A DNA stretch of 63,758 nucleotides, filler included, from Licmophora abbreviata (lineage: Eukaryota): assembly GCA_900291995.1 (NCBI GenBank). It is 13 parts of 13 records of this genome, joined end to end, with 100 filler letters (N's around TTAATTAATTAA, not from the genome) between each part and the next. Parts side by side here need not be neighbours in the genome. Positions count along the whole stretch, not along the records: positions 12,709 to 23,052 come from OLMU01000721.1; positions 23,153 to 25,406 come from OLMU01000722.1; positions 25,507 to 28,750 come from OLMU01000723.1; positions 28,851 to 30,212 come from OLMU01000724.1; positions 30,313 to 37,249 come from OLMU01000725.1; 8 more parts are not named here. The stretch is one strand, 5' to 3'. Shown here one piece after another: positions 21,148 to 34,790 of this stretch; positions within the stretch are counted from its first letter, which is position 1; every line of letters begins with the position of its first letter. The translations under genes and the position numbers were made by a program. The notes beneath the pieces are model-generated. The model was not told where the DNA came from. It made no database searches and worked only from the letters and a program-made list of their open reading frames with translations.

Positions 21148-22678
21148 ATGCTTCGCCAGTTCCTGCTTCTCTTAGCTTTGTTCTTTGCAAGAATCCTAGC
21201 CGAACATCCTCTCAGCCGACACTGTGATATCCTGAATGAGTCGGGGAACCGTTTCGAGGTCCTTTGGGTTCACCCAGAAACCAATGAAATGGTCAAGTAC
21301 AACGAGGTTGTCAACGGGGCCTCACTCTCACTCAGTAGCTACATCAACCACACCTTCATGCTCCGTGAGGTAGCGAACAATGAGACCTGTACCAGTGATG
21401 ACCACGAGAATAATAAGGGGTGTCACGTTGGATACGTGGTCATCTCCGAGACTGAAGATCAAGGTTAGTAGTAGTGTCTATGCATTGACTTCGCATTCGT
21501 GGTTCTGTTCCGTTCTGTACGTTCTCAAACCCTCACACCTACACTATGTGTACAGTAATTCACGTGAAAAAGGGATTCGAGCTTGAATACCAGGATCGCA
21601 CCCTTCTGGCCCGCACTCAGGCGGGAGATGTGCTTGACCGTTGTCATCGGCTCGCGTTGGAGGCCGTGGATTCTCGATCTTTCTCGATCGACGACATGGT
21701 CGAATGCATGCAGGGAGATATTGCCCGCTTACTTGAACGCCAGAATGAAGAACTTTCATTTGAAACAAAGCTTAGGGAAGAAATTGCGGATAAACTCGAA
21801 AACTATACCTGCGCCGATCAGACTCTTCCCACGACGACACCAAAGCAGGTCCGTGAGTGGACACATGACAAAGATGGATCCGTTCGCGAAGTTAATGTCA
21901 TGCACGACCGCAAAGACAGTCAGATTCATGTCATTAGGAATTTCATCTCGGAAGAAGAATGCCAGGCGATAGAGGACGCCGCCAAGCCCGGTTTACATCG
22001 GGGAACAGTAGCCGACGGGGTCGGAGGAAGCCGTCTGTCGGACCATCGCAAGGCATGGCAGGCCGGGGTCAAAATTCCATGGAAGTATGAGGAACAAGGA
22101 AACCTATTGCTCGTGTCGTCCGTCGTCTGTATGACTACGCCAACCATGCAACGGGCTACAACATGTCCGTTGTAGGTCAAGAAGACCTCATGTCAATTCA
22201 ATACTTTGTGAACCCCGGCGACGACGCTCCCGACCAATACCGTCCTCACTGTGACGGGGATTGCGACGGACTTCCACACAAAGTGGGTGGACGAGTAGCA
22301 ACTATGGTCATGTACTGCACAATCCCAGACGCAGGCGGATCGACCAACTTTCAGCACGCGAACGTTCACGTCAAGCCTGAGTTGCATGCGGGTGCATTCT
22401 TCAGTTACATGAACCCCGAAACAATGGTCAAAGATACGGGATTCACAACGCACTCGGGCTGCCCCGTCACAGCGGGCACCAAGCGAATCGCTGTACAGTG
22501 GATGAGGGTCGGTGTCGACGAGCAAAATCCCTGGGATTCCTTCAACACCTGTAAGTTAAAGGGAATCGTGTCGTTTTGTGTCCGTTCACCCCTCTGCTGT
22601 TCCTTACAGCTTGTTGTCTCGCTGCTCCATCATCTGCCTACAGTAACAATAAAGAAAAGTGAAGCTGAGGACTGCTAA
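21148..22678 (+). CDS. Prolyl 4-hydroxylase-like 2OG-Fe(II) dioxygenase, secretory (exons 21148-21463, 21556-22550, 22644-22678; 1-nt indel near 22103)
   Basis: Signal peptide; IRNFISEEEC, YRPHCDG (HxD), RVATMVMY..GGSTNF, HSGCPV..GTKRIAVQWMR. Confidence 0.8.
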
Positions 22679-22754
22679 AGAGTCTTCGATCACCTTCTTT
22701 GCTCATATGATCAGAAAACACGTGTCCATCATGGTAGAAAGTAGCTCTATAAGT

Positions 22755-25700
22755 TTAGATTGCCAGTGAAACGATCTGTTTCGCAAGATCGATCGTGGCC
22801 GACATTTGACCTTTCTCAGCTGCGCTAAAGTTCATTTCACTCTGCTTACGTCCATCGTGATAAGAATCGACGTAGGCCGTGCAGAACGCGACCAAGCCAG
22901 CCGAAACCACCGCTTCATGACATTCTTTTCCTTGTCCCATCAGATTCAGTATCATGACTAGAACACGGTGCATGAGTTCCAGGTTTGCACTTTCTAGCAT
23001 TGTCATTGTCATTTCTTTGAAGGACTTCAAGTCAACCAAGGCCTTAGCAACGNNNNNNNNNNNNNNNNNNNNNNNNNNNNNNNNNNNNNNNNNNNNTTAA
23101 TTAATTAANNNNNNNNNNNNNNNNNNNNNNNNNNNNNNNNNNNNNNNNNNNNGCCAGACACCCCGCCGCGGCGCGTGCACATTCGAAATTGCTTTCGTAG
23201 TCGGATGCAAAAGCAAGCCACAGCCGCAACGTCTCAGGATCAGCCAAGTACTTCATCATCGCGGGATGCCCGACAAGATTCACCATCGCTTCAGTGCCTG
23301 CGCGTCGAACCATTTCGTGATCGGAGTACATGGCATAGCTCAACGTCGAAATGCCCTTCTCGGCGACGACGCGGTCCTTTGTCTCGTAATCAAGACTGGC
23401 AAGATTCGTTACAGCTAGCAGAGCCTCAAATTGTTGAAGATCAGATGCGTCATTGTCTCGAATCAACTCCATAAGAGGTTTTATGGATCCCAGCCTCTGA
23501 GATAATGTGAGGAGAGCAGGATTGGTGGAAACGAGGAGTTTCGCTACACAGTGGCGTGCCTGTTTCAGAATTTTCTTTCCGGTTTCGGATGGGTTATCCT
23601 GTAGACAAAGAGAGGGAAGAGGTCAGACCATGTCGAAGCAGCGCAAGCAGGCCGGGACACCGACCCTCTACTAGTTGATGATGCGGTGCTCACCCCTTTC
23701 TCGACCTTCAGACAGGCCGACAGTACTCCTTGCTGCACCATTACCCCCCTTACGGATTGCTCAATTGCCATTCGATTCATCCCCACGACGAGCTGCTCGG
23801 TCGTGGACTCTGTTGCGCCATCCATCAGTTTCACAAGAGCCCGAGGCACATTGACGGTTGCCATTTTTTTAATCCGTTCGTGCACGGCAGGCAGCGGGTC
23901 GTTGATCTCTTGCGGTTCAACATCTTTTTCCTCCTGTCTCTTTGAGAGGGCTTGTAGCTCATCGTACTGTTCCATGGTAATGTCCTTGCCTTCGAAAGCC
24001 TCTCGTCGCAACGTTTGCGAAGAGACAGCCATCAAGGAAAATATTGTTGCCAGACCGTACGCAGGCAGAGACGGACCAGCTTCTGGTAAAGAAGCCAGTT
24101 CGACGAGCCGTTCTAGGGCTGTTTTGGAATCAGATGCGTCGTGAAAGCCATGAGCGAGCTCTTCCTTGACTTGAGTCTTGGCGGCGAGATAGCTCAAGAC
24201 TTCCACACCGCGCTCGACGGCGGTCGTCGCATGAGACGCCGCCACAAGAAGAGACGGCGCCTCTTTCATTTTTTGGTCTGCTTCCGACGCATTTGTCTCG
24301 TCAAGCAGCTCGACTGCAACCTGCAGCAACCCCATGACTTCTCCGTCGTTGGCTGCTAGCATCTTATCGGCCAGCCCCAGTTTTGCAACTGCCGACGCTG
24401 CACCCGAACGAGTATCGCGATCCTCACTCGAAAGTAGAAGAGTCAATGGCAATCTTGAGATAAAGCCCCTCACTTTCTCAACTGAAGCGCCGGCCGAGAT
24501 CACCTCAGAGGCAATAGACATTGCGACCACGTCGTCCGACTCGATCAGTTCATCGAGGACACCATCTGCTTCCGTCAATCCCCAACTACCCACTTCTGGA
24601 ACACCCAACATAAGTGACGACAGGAGCTGCCCCTGTTTCATGCTGTCCTCCAGTCGCCGTCGTTCGTCTCGCTTTTCATCATAATCAGTGTGCACTTCTT
24701 CGATAGCGGGTCGGTTATCTTTCAGGGTTGGTTTGACAACATTCTTGACTTGATCCTCATCGAGGCAGTTCAGGACGCGTCCCAAGACCATTCCCATTTC
24801 ACGCCGTAGCCCGTGAGACTCACATTGGATCGCAGCTGCTAACCAGATCTGTAAAATGTGTGGCTGAGATATTGCCAAAGCTCGCTCTTTGGACCACCAC
24901 TTAAGCTGCTCTTGACGTTCATATTGGTGTTTCCTGTATGCGGCCACTTCTCGAGGTTTCATGGAACGCAATTCTTCTTCTGTTTTGACTGTCTTTCGTT
25001 TGTTTGTCTGTTCAAAAGCACTATTGGTTTCTTCAGGATGTGTCCACGTGGACACAATCTCTATAGACGCCTGAATTAACCGTGGATCACCTGATACCAG
25101 CGCCGCTGAGCACGTCCGCACAACGCATGATGTTTCCACCAAAGTAGGACGAGAAGTTGAAGTCTCATCATCATCTTCCTCGTGTCTATCCATATGTTGA
25201 ATCAGGCGCAGCCAGAGCGATAGTAAGGCCATTCGCGCATGGTAGGTCTCCTCTTCATCGTCTGACTCAGCTTCTTTCATTCGATCCACCATCTCCGACT
25301 GTGAAATTACCGTTTTCGAGAGCTCTGCAACAAACGCCCCGTGCTGACAAGCCGCCGACAGACACTGCAACGCCAGAGCTGGACAACGTGATTCTTTCCA
25401 GAGAAANNNNNNNNNNNNNNNNNNNNNNNNNNNNNNNNNNNNNNNNNNNNTTAATTAATTAANNNNNNNNNNNNNNNNNNNNNNNNNNNNNNNNNNNNNN
25501 NNNNNNGTATAATATCCATCGATGCCGATGCAGGATCGTTTGTCACCAGTCCCAAGAGGACCTTGTAGCGATGTCTTCGATTGTCCGCATCTATAGTGGT
25601 GTCCATCAATTGTTGCAATGTCCTTCGAACCGGAGTATTCTGCACGTTGCTGTGACTATGGTTGGCGCGAATTGCGTTCAATAGGGTAACTGCCTGCTTG

Positions 25701-26303
25701 TTGTGGGAGTCAAACGACAGCAGCGAGAGCAAATCCTTGGCGGCGTCCTGCAACAATGGGTGATCATGGCTAGTCCTGCTGTTGGTTCCGTCATCTTGAG
25801 AGCAATGCAAAAGAAACCGAGCCTTGGCACGCCGAAAGAGCAGCTTTCCACGAACAGAGTACAAAGTGCTGTCGTCTTCAACATGATGTATCTGCTGGTC
25901 CAGGAGTGTCAGCCCGCTCGTGCAGTCGTCCACGCAAGACTGCCAGGCTTGTCGTATGTCCTCCGAGGACTCTATGGCCACGTTTTTCTGATGAAGATAA
26001 CAAGCTGCTCTATTGCAATAAAAGGTAGATTTCAGGATGCCTTCTTCGTCTGAGCAGGATTGAATACCTTCGGAATAGGCGCCAATAGCCTCTGAGACTC
26101 GACCCTGTATTATTTGGAGATTGAATGCGAGTGGCATTCGGGTAAGCAAACACGACGATTTTAGCTTTCAATGAACGCCAGCGAGTCCACCCACCAAAAC
26201 TTCACCATCCAGGTCGTCCTACCTTCTTGAAGTGTTCATTGCCTTGCTTTTTTAGGCTCTCCGCCGGAGACGGTGTCGGTATGGGATCGTCCGCCATGGT
26301 CAT
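22755..26303 (-). CDS. UNC45: UNC-45-like myosin chaperone (TPR + ARM/UCS), multi-exon, two gaps
   Basis: AESLKKQGNEHFK and FYCNRAACYL TPRs; UCS motifs VRGVMVQQG, LQQFEALLAVTNLAS, MVRRAGTEAMVNL, RAAAGCLA, ELMHR. Confidence 0.85.
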
Positions 26304-26605
26304 CAAAGTCGAGTTCAGAGTTTTGAAGTTTTGAAGTTTTGAGTTTTGAGTGCTGAGCGTGCGAGCTTTTCGAATCATATCACTACTCTAGAGCTCGCGT
26401 TCGGTCTCGTCACGGGACTGATTGATGGTCTGTCCGTCAGCTGAGTCACGATTGCTTCACAACCACCAAGACGAAGACGTGAGCGAATTCCCTGTCTCTC
26501 TCAATTTCGAAACGTCAATACCTCCATGATGTTCTTGGGAGGGAGGCCACCTCTGCTCGGTTCTCATACTCTAGCTCGGTACCTGTACCCCAATCCCCAG
26601 CAACG

Positions 26606-28723
26606 ATGCCTCGCAGTCAAGGAACCTCGCGGAAAGGCAAGCCCAAGAAGAATGAGCGTGCAGCTGGCATGGGGCGGGCATTACAGAAAGCGTCGAAACA
26701 GAAATTCAAGCCCAAAATGAACGGCTCTTCTAGGGGAGCGGGAATGGCAATGGCCCCCGGCGTGGAAAGTATTGGACTCATCGATGATTCCAACAATACA
26801 ATGAAGTCGGTCTTGGACATGGATGATCTCACAGATTTTCTGGGACAAGCGGACCTGGCGAATCGTGAGTTTGAGAGTGAACGAGAGCAGTTTGTCGTGT
26901 TGGACTCCACCAGCACACAATATCGTCCGAACGAACAGCGTGTCTCATGGGCCGATCATGAAGTGCAGCCGAAGAACGATTTTGTTTTTGCTGAACTGTC
27001 CGTCCCTCGACGTCCCCCATGGGATGACGCGACCACTCCACAACAGCTGGATGCCATGGAAAAGGAATCGTTCTTGGAATGGCGTCGAGGAATCGCGCAG
27101 CGGGAGGAAGTAATCATGGCACAGGGTGGCAGCGATGCGAGAGTGACTCCCTTCGAAAAGAATTTAGAAGTTTGGAAACAACTCTGGCGAGTATTGGAGC
27201 GATGCTCTTGTGTCCTACAGATTGTCGACGCACGGAATCCTCTCTTTTACTTGTCCAACGATCTCCGCAAGTATGCGACGGAAGAACTCGGCAAGCCCAT
27301 GCTCTTGCTGGTAAACAAGAGCGACTACCTCTCCAGCCGACAACGACAAGAATGGCATTTATACTTGAAATCACAAGGATGGGACCATGTCTTCTTCTCG
27401 GCTCATGACGAGCAAGCGAAACTGGATGATGCCGCTGCAGCGGCACGTAAAGCTGAACGTGAGAACGACGATAACATCGGGGAGCTAGTAGACGAAGAGG
27501 GTAGCGACGAGTCAGGCACTCCAGCTGTGGAATCTCCCCAATTTGGAACTGATTCTAACCTATCTTTCCGTGAAAACCTTGGGATAGAAACACCTTTGAC
27601 GAGAGAAGAACTACTGGATTGGCTACAATCGTTTGCCCTCCAGTACAACTGCGAACCCGATCCTCGGTACGAAAATCGCATCCAGTTTGGCACTCTTGGA
27701 TTTCCAAACGTCGGAAAGTCTTCCATCATCAACGTTTTGGTGGGATCTAGCAAACACACCCACGGGGTCGTACGAGTCGGTGTGGCGGCACAGCCAGGAA
27801 AGACGAAACACTTCCAGACGCTTCTCTTGCCAGATCGCAACGACATTATGCTCTGCGACTGTCCTGGTTTGGTATTTCCGTCGTTTGTATCCAACACGGC
27901 CGATCTCATTGCTGCAGGTGTGTACCCGATTGCGCAGATGCGGGACCACTGGCCTGTCATTGAATTGATTTGCCGTCGTATTCCCCGAGAGATTCTCAAC
28001 GCAGTATATGGCATTCAACTTCCAATGCCGACACTTCAAGATCGGAAGGAGCGAGGCCTTGACATATCTAAAGTCCCCCCTCCAACTGCCGAGGAGCTCT
28101 TAAATACGTATTGTATTGCAAGGAGTATGCTGGCGGCATCAAGCGGAGTGCCTGACTACCAGAAAGCATCGCGGATCGTTATCAAGGACTATGCAGACGG
28201 GAAGCTTCTGTACTGCCACGCGCCACCAAGTGTACACGAAGAAGATTCTCCTCTCAACGAGCATGCCTTTCATCGACAAACAGTTTTGACCGCTCTTTCC
28301 AACACAAAGAAGCTTCGTGATAAGCTTGGCTCCCTTTTGCAACAGACTACCGTAGAAGAGACGGAGCACGACGAGGATATTGATATAGAAGCTTTCGGAG
28401 ATGAGTTGGATATTTTGGACGCTGTTGGGGGGCTCGATGAACATTTTACTGGAATTCAAACAAACGGAGGGAAGCGAGGAAACAAGCACAAGTCTATGAA
28501 GAAGCACGGAAAGAAGGGACGGAAGGATCGCAACAAGGACCCTTATGGCTGTCATTCGAACCCAGACGACATGCTGGAATCGAGCTTTGGCGGCGCGAGG
28601 AATGGAGTGGTTGTCAAAGGTCGCAAGCACGGACAGGACGGGTACACACGGCCCGCCAGCTATTTGGGTGCAGTAGGAGCTGCTCAGCTCGACAATCGCC
28701 CTCTGACGAAGACACAGACGTGA
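26606..28723 (+). CDS. LSG1: Large subunit GTPase 1 (circularly permuted GTPase)
   Basis: TPFEKNLEVWKQLWRVLER, IVDARNPL, NKSD, GFPNVGKSS, PGKTKHFQT, LCDCPGLVFP. Confidence 0.95.
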   Translation: MPRSQGTSRKGKPKKNERAAGMGRALQKASKQKFKPKMNGSSRGAGMAMAPGVESIGLIDDSNNTMKSVLDMDDLTDFLGQADLANREFESEREQFVVLDSTSTQYRPNEQRVSWADHEVQPKNDFVFAELSVPRRPPWDDATTPQQLDAMEKESFLEWRRGIAQREEVIMAQGGSDARVTPFEKNLEVWKQLWRVLERCSCVLQIVDARNPLFYLSNDLRKYATEELGKPMLLLVNKSDYLSSRQRQEWHLYLKSQGWDHVFFSAHDEQAKLDDAAAAARKAERENDDNIGELVDEEGSDESGTPAVESPQFGTDSNLSFRENLGIETPLTREELLDWLQSFALQYNCEPDPRYENRIQFGTLGFPNVGKSSIINVLVGSSKHTHGVVRVGVAAQPGKTKHFQTLLLPDRNDIMLCDCPGLVFPSFVSNTADLIAAGVYPIAQMRDHWPVIELICRRIPREILNAVYGIQLPMPTLQDRKERGLDISKVPPPTAEELLNTYCIARSMLAASSGVPDYQKASRIVIKDYADGKLLYCHAPPSVHEEDSPLNEHAFHRQTVLTALSNTKKLRDKLGSLLQQTTVEETEHDEDIDIEAFGDELDILDAVGGLDEHFTGIQTNGGKRGNKHKSMKKHGKKGRKDRNKDPYGCHSNPDDMLESSFGGARNGVVVKGRKHGQDGYTRPASYLGAVGAAQLDNRPLTKTQT

Positions 28724-28911
28724 GTAGGCGAATCCTCCTTACAAAAGGAGNNNNNNNNNNNNNNNNNNNNNNNNNNNNNNNNNNNNNNNNNNNNTTAATT
28801 AATTAANNNNNNNNNNNNNNNNNNNNNNNNNNNNNNNNNNNNNNNNNNNNATCAAAAATAACAGAGCACTTATTAACTAGAAAGACCAATGGGCATTCAC
28901 GCCCCAATAAA

Positions 28912-31900
28912 CTAACGCGACCATCGCGACAAGGACCCGACACGCCTCTGGAAGGAGGAACGACTCTGCGTAGACCTGACGGAATCACCGTCCGTCCAGT
29001 GCGAAGACGTATCATCATCGATATTAACTCCTGTCATGCTTTGCAGATCTGAGACCTTCGTGTGGAGTTCTTTCAGAGATTCCTGGAGAGCTCGCATTTC
29101 GTTCTGCAGCAAGAGACTTCGCTTAGCTATTTTGCAATTCTCCTCTCGATCTCGCAAAGTCAAACGCTTCGTTGAATGTACCGACTTCCTTGCTGAGTCA
29201 AGGCCCTCCTCTTGATCAGCAGGAACAAGAGCAAGGAAATACCGCCTGGGCCTCGTGATTGACTCTCGACGCTTCTCATTCATACTTTCAAGGTAGGCGA
29301 CAATGAGCCTTGGAAATAAGTACGATGATGTCGGTAAGTTGAACCCAAATTTTGTACTTCAAAGACACACTCGATCATCACTTACGATGCACGGTAGAAA
29401 GACCTTTGGACACGTCGGGAATGCCTTATGCTCGCACACAAGTCGCCTGTATAGCACGTGACTTGCAGTAATGCTGCCAGAGCAAGGGAAGCAAAGGTGA
29501 TTCCCGTAGGCCCTAGAATCAAATGGGCTAGGGAGTGTTCCGCGAACGATGCGTCCACCTGCTGCGTGGGGCCCGTTGCCAACTGAGAAACGACCATGAG
29601 CCAAAGCAGGATTGTGCCGCACACGAGCGCAAGGCCCCCCACTTCCATGGAGTTCTAGTAGCGGAACAAAAGGAGTTCTACGGCTAAGACCTCGACCAAA
29701 ACGGCAACCCCTCATACACCACAAAGTTCTTACCTGAAAGAAGAGACCGATCAGCCGATTGGCACTCTATGGCGATGGGAGTGAAGGGCTCGTTTAGTTC
29801 GTGCAAGCCATGGCAAAGGTGCATTCTAGTGAGTACGACATATGCCTTACCTCTAATCCCCGCAGATAGACGAGCAGTTTGGCTGCCACAAAAAGGCTGG
29901 TGGAGGTTGCGAGAAAGGGGACCAAGTCAGGTCGCCAAACGAGCAAAAAGAGAGTCAAATTGACCAAAAGAAACAGGCAAATATTGACTGCGTGCCAGAA
30001 CCAGAATACTGTCTTCTGGCTGGGCTCAAGGGTGAGACCTTCCCGTTTCATCCTTAGAGGATTCAACAAGGCGTTCTGAGTGATCGGCGTTATGCTTTCC
30101 TTCGGTTGTTTTAAGAGTCGAAGGTCTCTCAGCGTTTGAAGAAAGTTGAGAATACAAGTGACCCCGAGTAACAATGCCGAGCGATTGTTGGCTGCTGGTT
30201 CATGAACCCTCTNNNNNNNNNNNNNNNNNNNNNNNNNNNNNNNNNNNNNNNNNNNNTTAATTAATTAANNNNNNNNNNNNNNNNNNNNNNNNNNNNNNNN
30301 NNNNNNNNNNNNTGCTGGTTCATGAACCCTCTCAGAAGTTTGAAAAGTACCGGCCTGCTTAGTTCGTGCGTAAGCAACATTGTGAGGTCCAACGGTCAAA
30401 CTCGCTTCAGATTATGGTCGTCATGTGTTCCCCCGAACATACCTGAGTCACGAGGCTTCCAAAAAAGTAACAGAAACTCAAATATAGAAGAAAATCAACC
30501 AGAAACATCCATACAATTTCCTCTTCCCAGACTTCATCCAAGACGGCAGCCATTTCCTCTGTCACCAACACGGTAGGACTGCACCTGCGTATCAAAGCAG
30601 CCAGGAAACGCGCGGAAGATACGCCAGGGAGAGGCACTACCGTCATGCGGGCCGGGACACCCTTGCTGTGCACATCCTCGCAATTGAACGCTTCACCGGC
30701 CAAGGGTAACTCACTTGTAAGACAGAGAGGCTTCCCAACTGCAGTCTTCCATCCTTCATAGCTGCTGCAGCTTGTTAATGGCCAAAGCGTCATACCATGC
30801 ATCGCGTCAACAACGACTACGAAAATTGTACAGACGAAGATTAGGATATGATACAAGACGTGACACAACAATACTAATCGTAGACAAGTCAATACAGAAG
30901 ACATCGTACCTTCCGGCGCAAACTCAGAAGCTGAAATCAACGCATCAGTGAGATTTCCACTTCTCATTTCAAAATTCATCATAAGATATGGATGCTTCCG
31001 ACAGTGTACAAGAGCGGTAGATAGCACAATGCCGAGAAGACGGTGGTTCTGCCTTTTCACTACGATGTTGAAAAGACTTCCAGATGCTGGATCAAACGCA
31101 AAGACTGCCTTTGGAAACGAAAAGAAAATTTCTTTCAAACAATTGATAGTCAGATCTTCCGGTCGGGCCATTGACATCATTGACGAGCCAAGGGCTAAGT
31201 GAACCTTTTCTTCTCTGGTTCCCGTATAGATCGACTGAATAGTAGATTCCAGTGGTGTGCGTGTCTTGTCGTCGGTTCGATGATATAGGAGTTGGGAGCG
31301 TTCCACAGGGTGCAACTTTCTTAGCTTGGCACACAGAGTTGACCCACTAGTGACTTCCCCAGCTGTCCACGAGAACCACTGAGGGCGAAGAAGCTCTCCC
31401 ACGCGAAGAACAACCACTGCTCCTCCATTCATCTTCCGAAATGGAAAGTGCGTCTCACCACCGATAGAAAGGAGCGTACCGGAGCGATCAAAAGCCAGGC
31501 TTGTCATTGCACAATTTGGATCACAAGGAATCTGTTGGACCAGCTCGAAACTGCGAGTGCTGAAGACACTGCAGAGTGCCGATCCATACACTGCAGCAAG
31601 ATACGGAGACGTTAAATTCGGGGAGAACTGGACAGCAGCAATGCTACCTGGGCAGCTGATTGCACGATCAATTACCCTGCAGTAATAAGAACGCTGTCTT
31701 ATGAGGTCGCTGATGAGATGACATAACCTGCACCAGCGTGTACATACCATTTTCGCCCACGCAGTTCTGCAATGTAAATCAAACCTGTGTTTACACCAAT
31801 AGCCAGCTGGGTAGCTTTAGGGGAGAAGCTGATCGACTCTATTTTTCCTTGATCAACTTGGATGAAATTGGTTTCTGATATCCGTTCACCGTCGTAGAAT

Positions 31901-34007
31901 TTGACCTGTCAATGATGTGAAAGTACTTTCGTCAATCGCGATTCTTCGTCACGGCGACCAGGGTTCGACGTATTCAGACATACCATTGAGTTTCGAGCTA
32001 CCGCAAGAATTATACCATCGGATGAGAAGGTCGCAGACATCTTTGCACCCTTGCGCTTCCCTTCGACCAGAACATGGCCAAAATCTTTCTCGGCGGCAAC
32101 GTTCCCGAGATTGTGCGACCTGCCCAAATCAAAAATCATGAAGCCATTCTCTTTCGTCATCAATAAGTATCGAAAGACTGGCGAGAATGCAATAAATTGA
32201 TCTGAAACGACGCGGGGCGACAACAAAGCTTAGAATAAGCCGAAAGCTTCCGCGAGAACGTTATGTTGCACTGACGTTGCGTTCACCTTTTCCCAGCGTT
32301 GGCTGTTTCACTTTCGGCTCCCATGATTCACCTACTGCCGACCGCGTGTACAGACACAACGAGCAGTCTTCACGAGTGAAATCCTTTGAGACTGTCAGAA
32401 TAGCCAAGGCTCGTGAATCTGGTGAGTATGCCACTTGTTTCACGGACACGTCGGCGTCTATCTGGAGCCGTTCGAATATGGTACCCACCATATTTTCGCG
32501 GACAGGCAGCCACCTCGACGAGTCACAGACAAGGACATCTGAGCCAGTTGATACGGCAAGACATTGCGACTCTTCGGTGAAAGCTAACGAGGTGACCGGA
32601 TCTGGTTGGAACAAGCTGATATAGGATAAAGTCGTTGCCATATCGTGAGGAGACATGACTACCATTCATCACCACCTGCGACAGCTAAGCAATCTCACCT
32701 CCCCCCAAAGAGAATTTCCCACCTTGACCACATCACGTCTTCCACCGCATATATCTCCCGAGCGACCAGTAGTCTTGGCTTCTCGCTGCGATCTGGCATG
32801 AAAAGAACGTCTTGGATTGTTCCTAGATTTCCACGATATGAATAGAACACTTCGAAAGTCGACATGTCTACCACACGCATCAGATTGCCTGCCGAGACTG
32901 CCAGAATTAGGCGTGGCTTGTCGCTGTTTCCTGACCAGCTGAAGGCAAGTGCCGAGACAGGCATAGAATAGTCATCATGGGCTTGGAGAAAGTGAAAAGG
33001 AGGGAAAGGGGGTGATGACACCACCTTGTCCGTCGAGGGAAACGTCGAGTCGAGGAAGGCTACTTCCCCATCCTGTTGTTCGTATTAATTGAAAAGTGCT
33101 CAGTGATGAGAGCAAACACGCCAACTTTGATGGATGCCAATAAACTGATACCTACCTTCAGACCAGCTGCCAACATGGTGTATCCAGAGGGACTGGCGAC
33201 ACAGTTGTTGCTCAACGCAAGAGAGATAACGCCCGATGGTAACGACAACTTCTTGACCATACTCCACGAATAGCCAACCTTGTCTTGAATCCTTTCTAGT
33301 GACAGCAACATACCACCACTCATTCCCACAATAACACGAGGATCTGCTTCATGTTCCAAGACAATCATGGCTCCAGTCGGCTTCTCGCCTTCAATCAATT
33401 CTGCCAATCGGATGGAAGACTGTTGGTGATATGTCACCATATCCACGTGGGGTTCGGCCGCCGCCTCGAGCGAGAATACGCTCGCATCATCAGTCATATT
33501 GACATCCGTGCCGAGATGCACGTCGATGGTCAGCAAGTTTCGAGCCTTCGTTAGAGCGACAAGGGAGAAGAGCAACATCTCGTGATGATCCGCGGGAGGG
33601 TGGACAAATTCTAGTGCGATAATCTCTTCGACGGTAGGACGGCCACCTATCCACGTCCTCGTAGGACCTTCCTCCTTATCCAAGAAGTAGAGATTAATAT
33701 TTCCACGCCTGGTACTAACCGCTGCATAGGTAAAGTCTGTCGACGTGCTGTGCAATGATAAGGCAGTGACGCTTTCGGATGTGTGGGGAAGTTTCCAGAA
33801 TTTTCTGTTCGGAAGGCACACGGCCCCATAAGATGACGAATCATTGTCTTGGAGGATAGCGCCCATCCAGTCTCCGGACGATGTCATATAAGAGCACTGC
33901 CTTGACACACCTGGCTGTGAGGATAGGGGAGCAAAAGTCTCGTGGCGGCGCCTCGGAGCAGCAACATTCCTCGTGTTGGTCGCCATTTTCAACTTTTTAT
34001 CTGGCAT
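28912..34007 (-). CDS. Multi-exon WD40/beta-propeller + TRP-like cation channel protein (one gap)
   Basis: Many V(T/S)(A/S)LAFS/YSPD propeller repeats, then AVLDEVW..FLVDFLLY pre-S1/S1, several TM helices, KLLVYLRG S4-S5-linker-like motif, pore-like LAHLILG, terminal coiled coil; exon model approximate. Confidence 0.55.
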
Positions 34008-34790
34008 TCTCGCCGACGCTACAGAAGTCCGACGGGCAATCCTATCTACTGAGAGTTTCCTGTGCTTGATCGTTGATATTAAGGCCTTGCTTGCTTGCGT
34101 GTGAAGCGACAGAAGAGAGGAGAGTTTGATGTGACAATGATGTGTAAAAAGGAACGGCCTGAAGTCGCGAGAGAAAGCAGCGGCGAAAACGACTTTGAAT
34201 TTCCTGGCAGCTATGATATTACCACGTTCTGTATTTACATGTTCGTGTCCGTTGAGAATGTCCTAAGAAATATCATGACAGATCGCCCGAATCCCCGTAA
34301 ATCTTTGGTGAACTGAGTCAAGTCAGACAGAGCAATATCCAGATATCACGGAAACAATTCCATCGGAATCCAGACACACGAGCGCCCCGTCCATCATTTG
34401 TCGTAGATGTATTTATCAGTCAAAACAGTGGTATCGAATGGGCGCGCGCTCGTCCTTTCAGAATTTTCGCTTGTGCCATCAAATGTACTGATGTGTCGTA
34501 GAAAGCTACGTGAGTCAAGTCTTACCACGGGAAACGGAGGCAAGTGACCGTGGCCAAGTCCATGGTGACCACGCGTTGTTCATTTTTCGTTCCACACGAC
34601 GTTTTCAAGGAAGTCCGGCTTCATTGGCAGTGATCCATCGTCCTTGTTGACAGTATATTGAGCTCGGATTGTATCTAAGACGTCGACGAGTCGCTTTCAG
34701 ATTCATTTTCCCCATCCGGGGACTGTTTCCCCTTTGACGCTTCGAACAGGCGTAGTTCAGCCAGATTTCCGTACCAACAGGTAACACGGC

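Noticed and set aside
10315..22110. Frameshifts at ~10335, ~12360 (gene B) and ~22103 (P4H) as pseudogenes or programmed frameshifts
   Set aside because: Single-base indels at short homopolymers with intact coding sequence on both sides; most likely sequencing errors
30193..30332. Direct repeat TGCTGGTTCATGAACCCTCT on both sides of a gap
   Set aside because: Unmerged contig overlap
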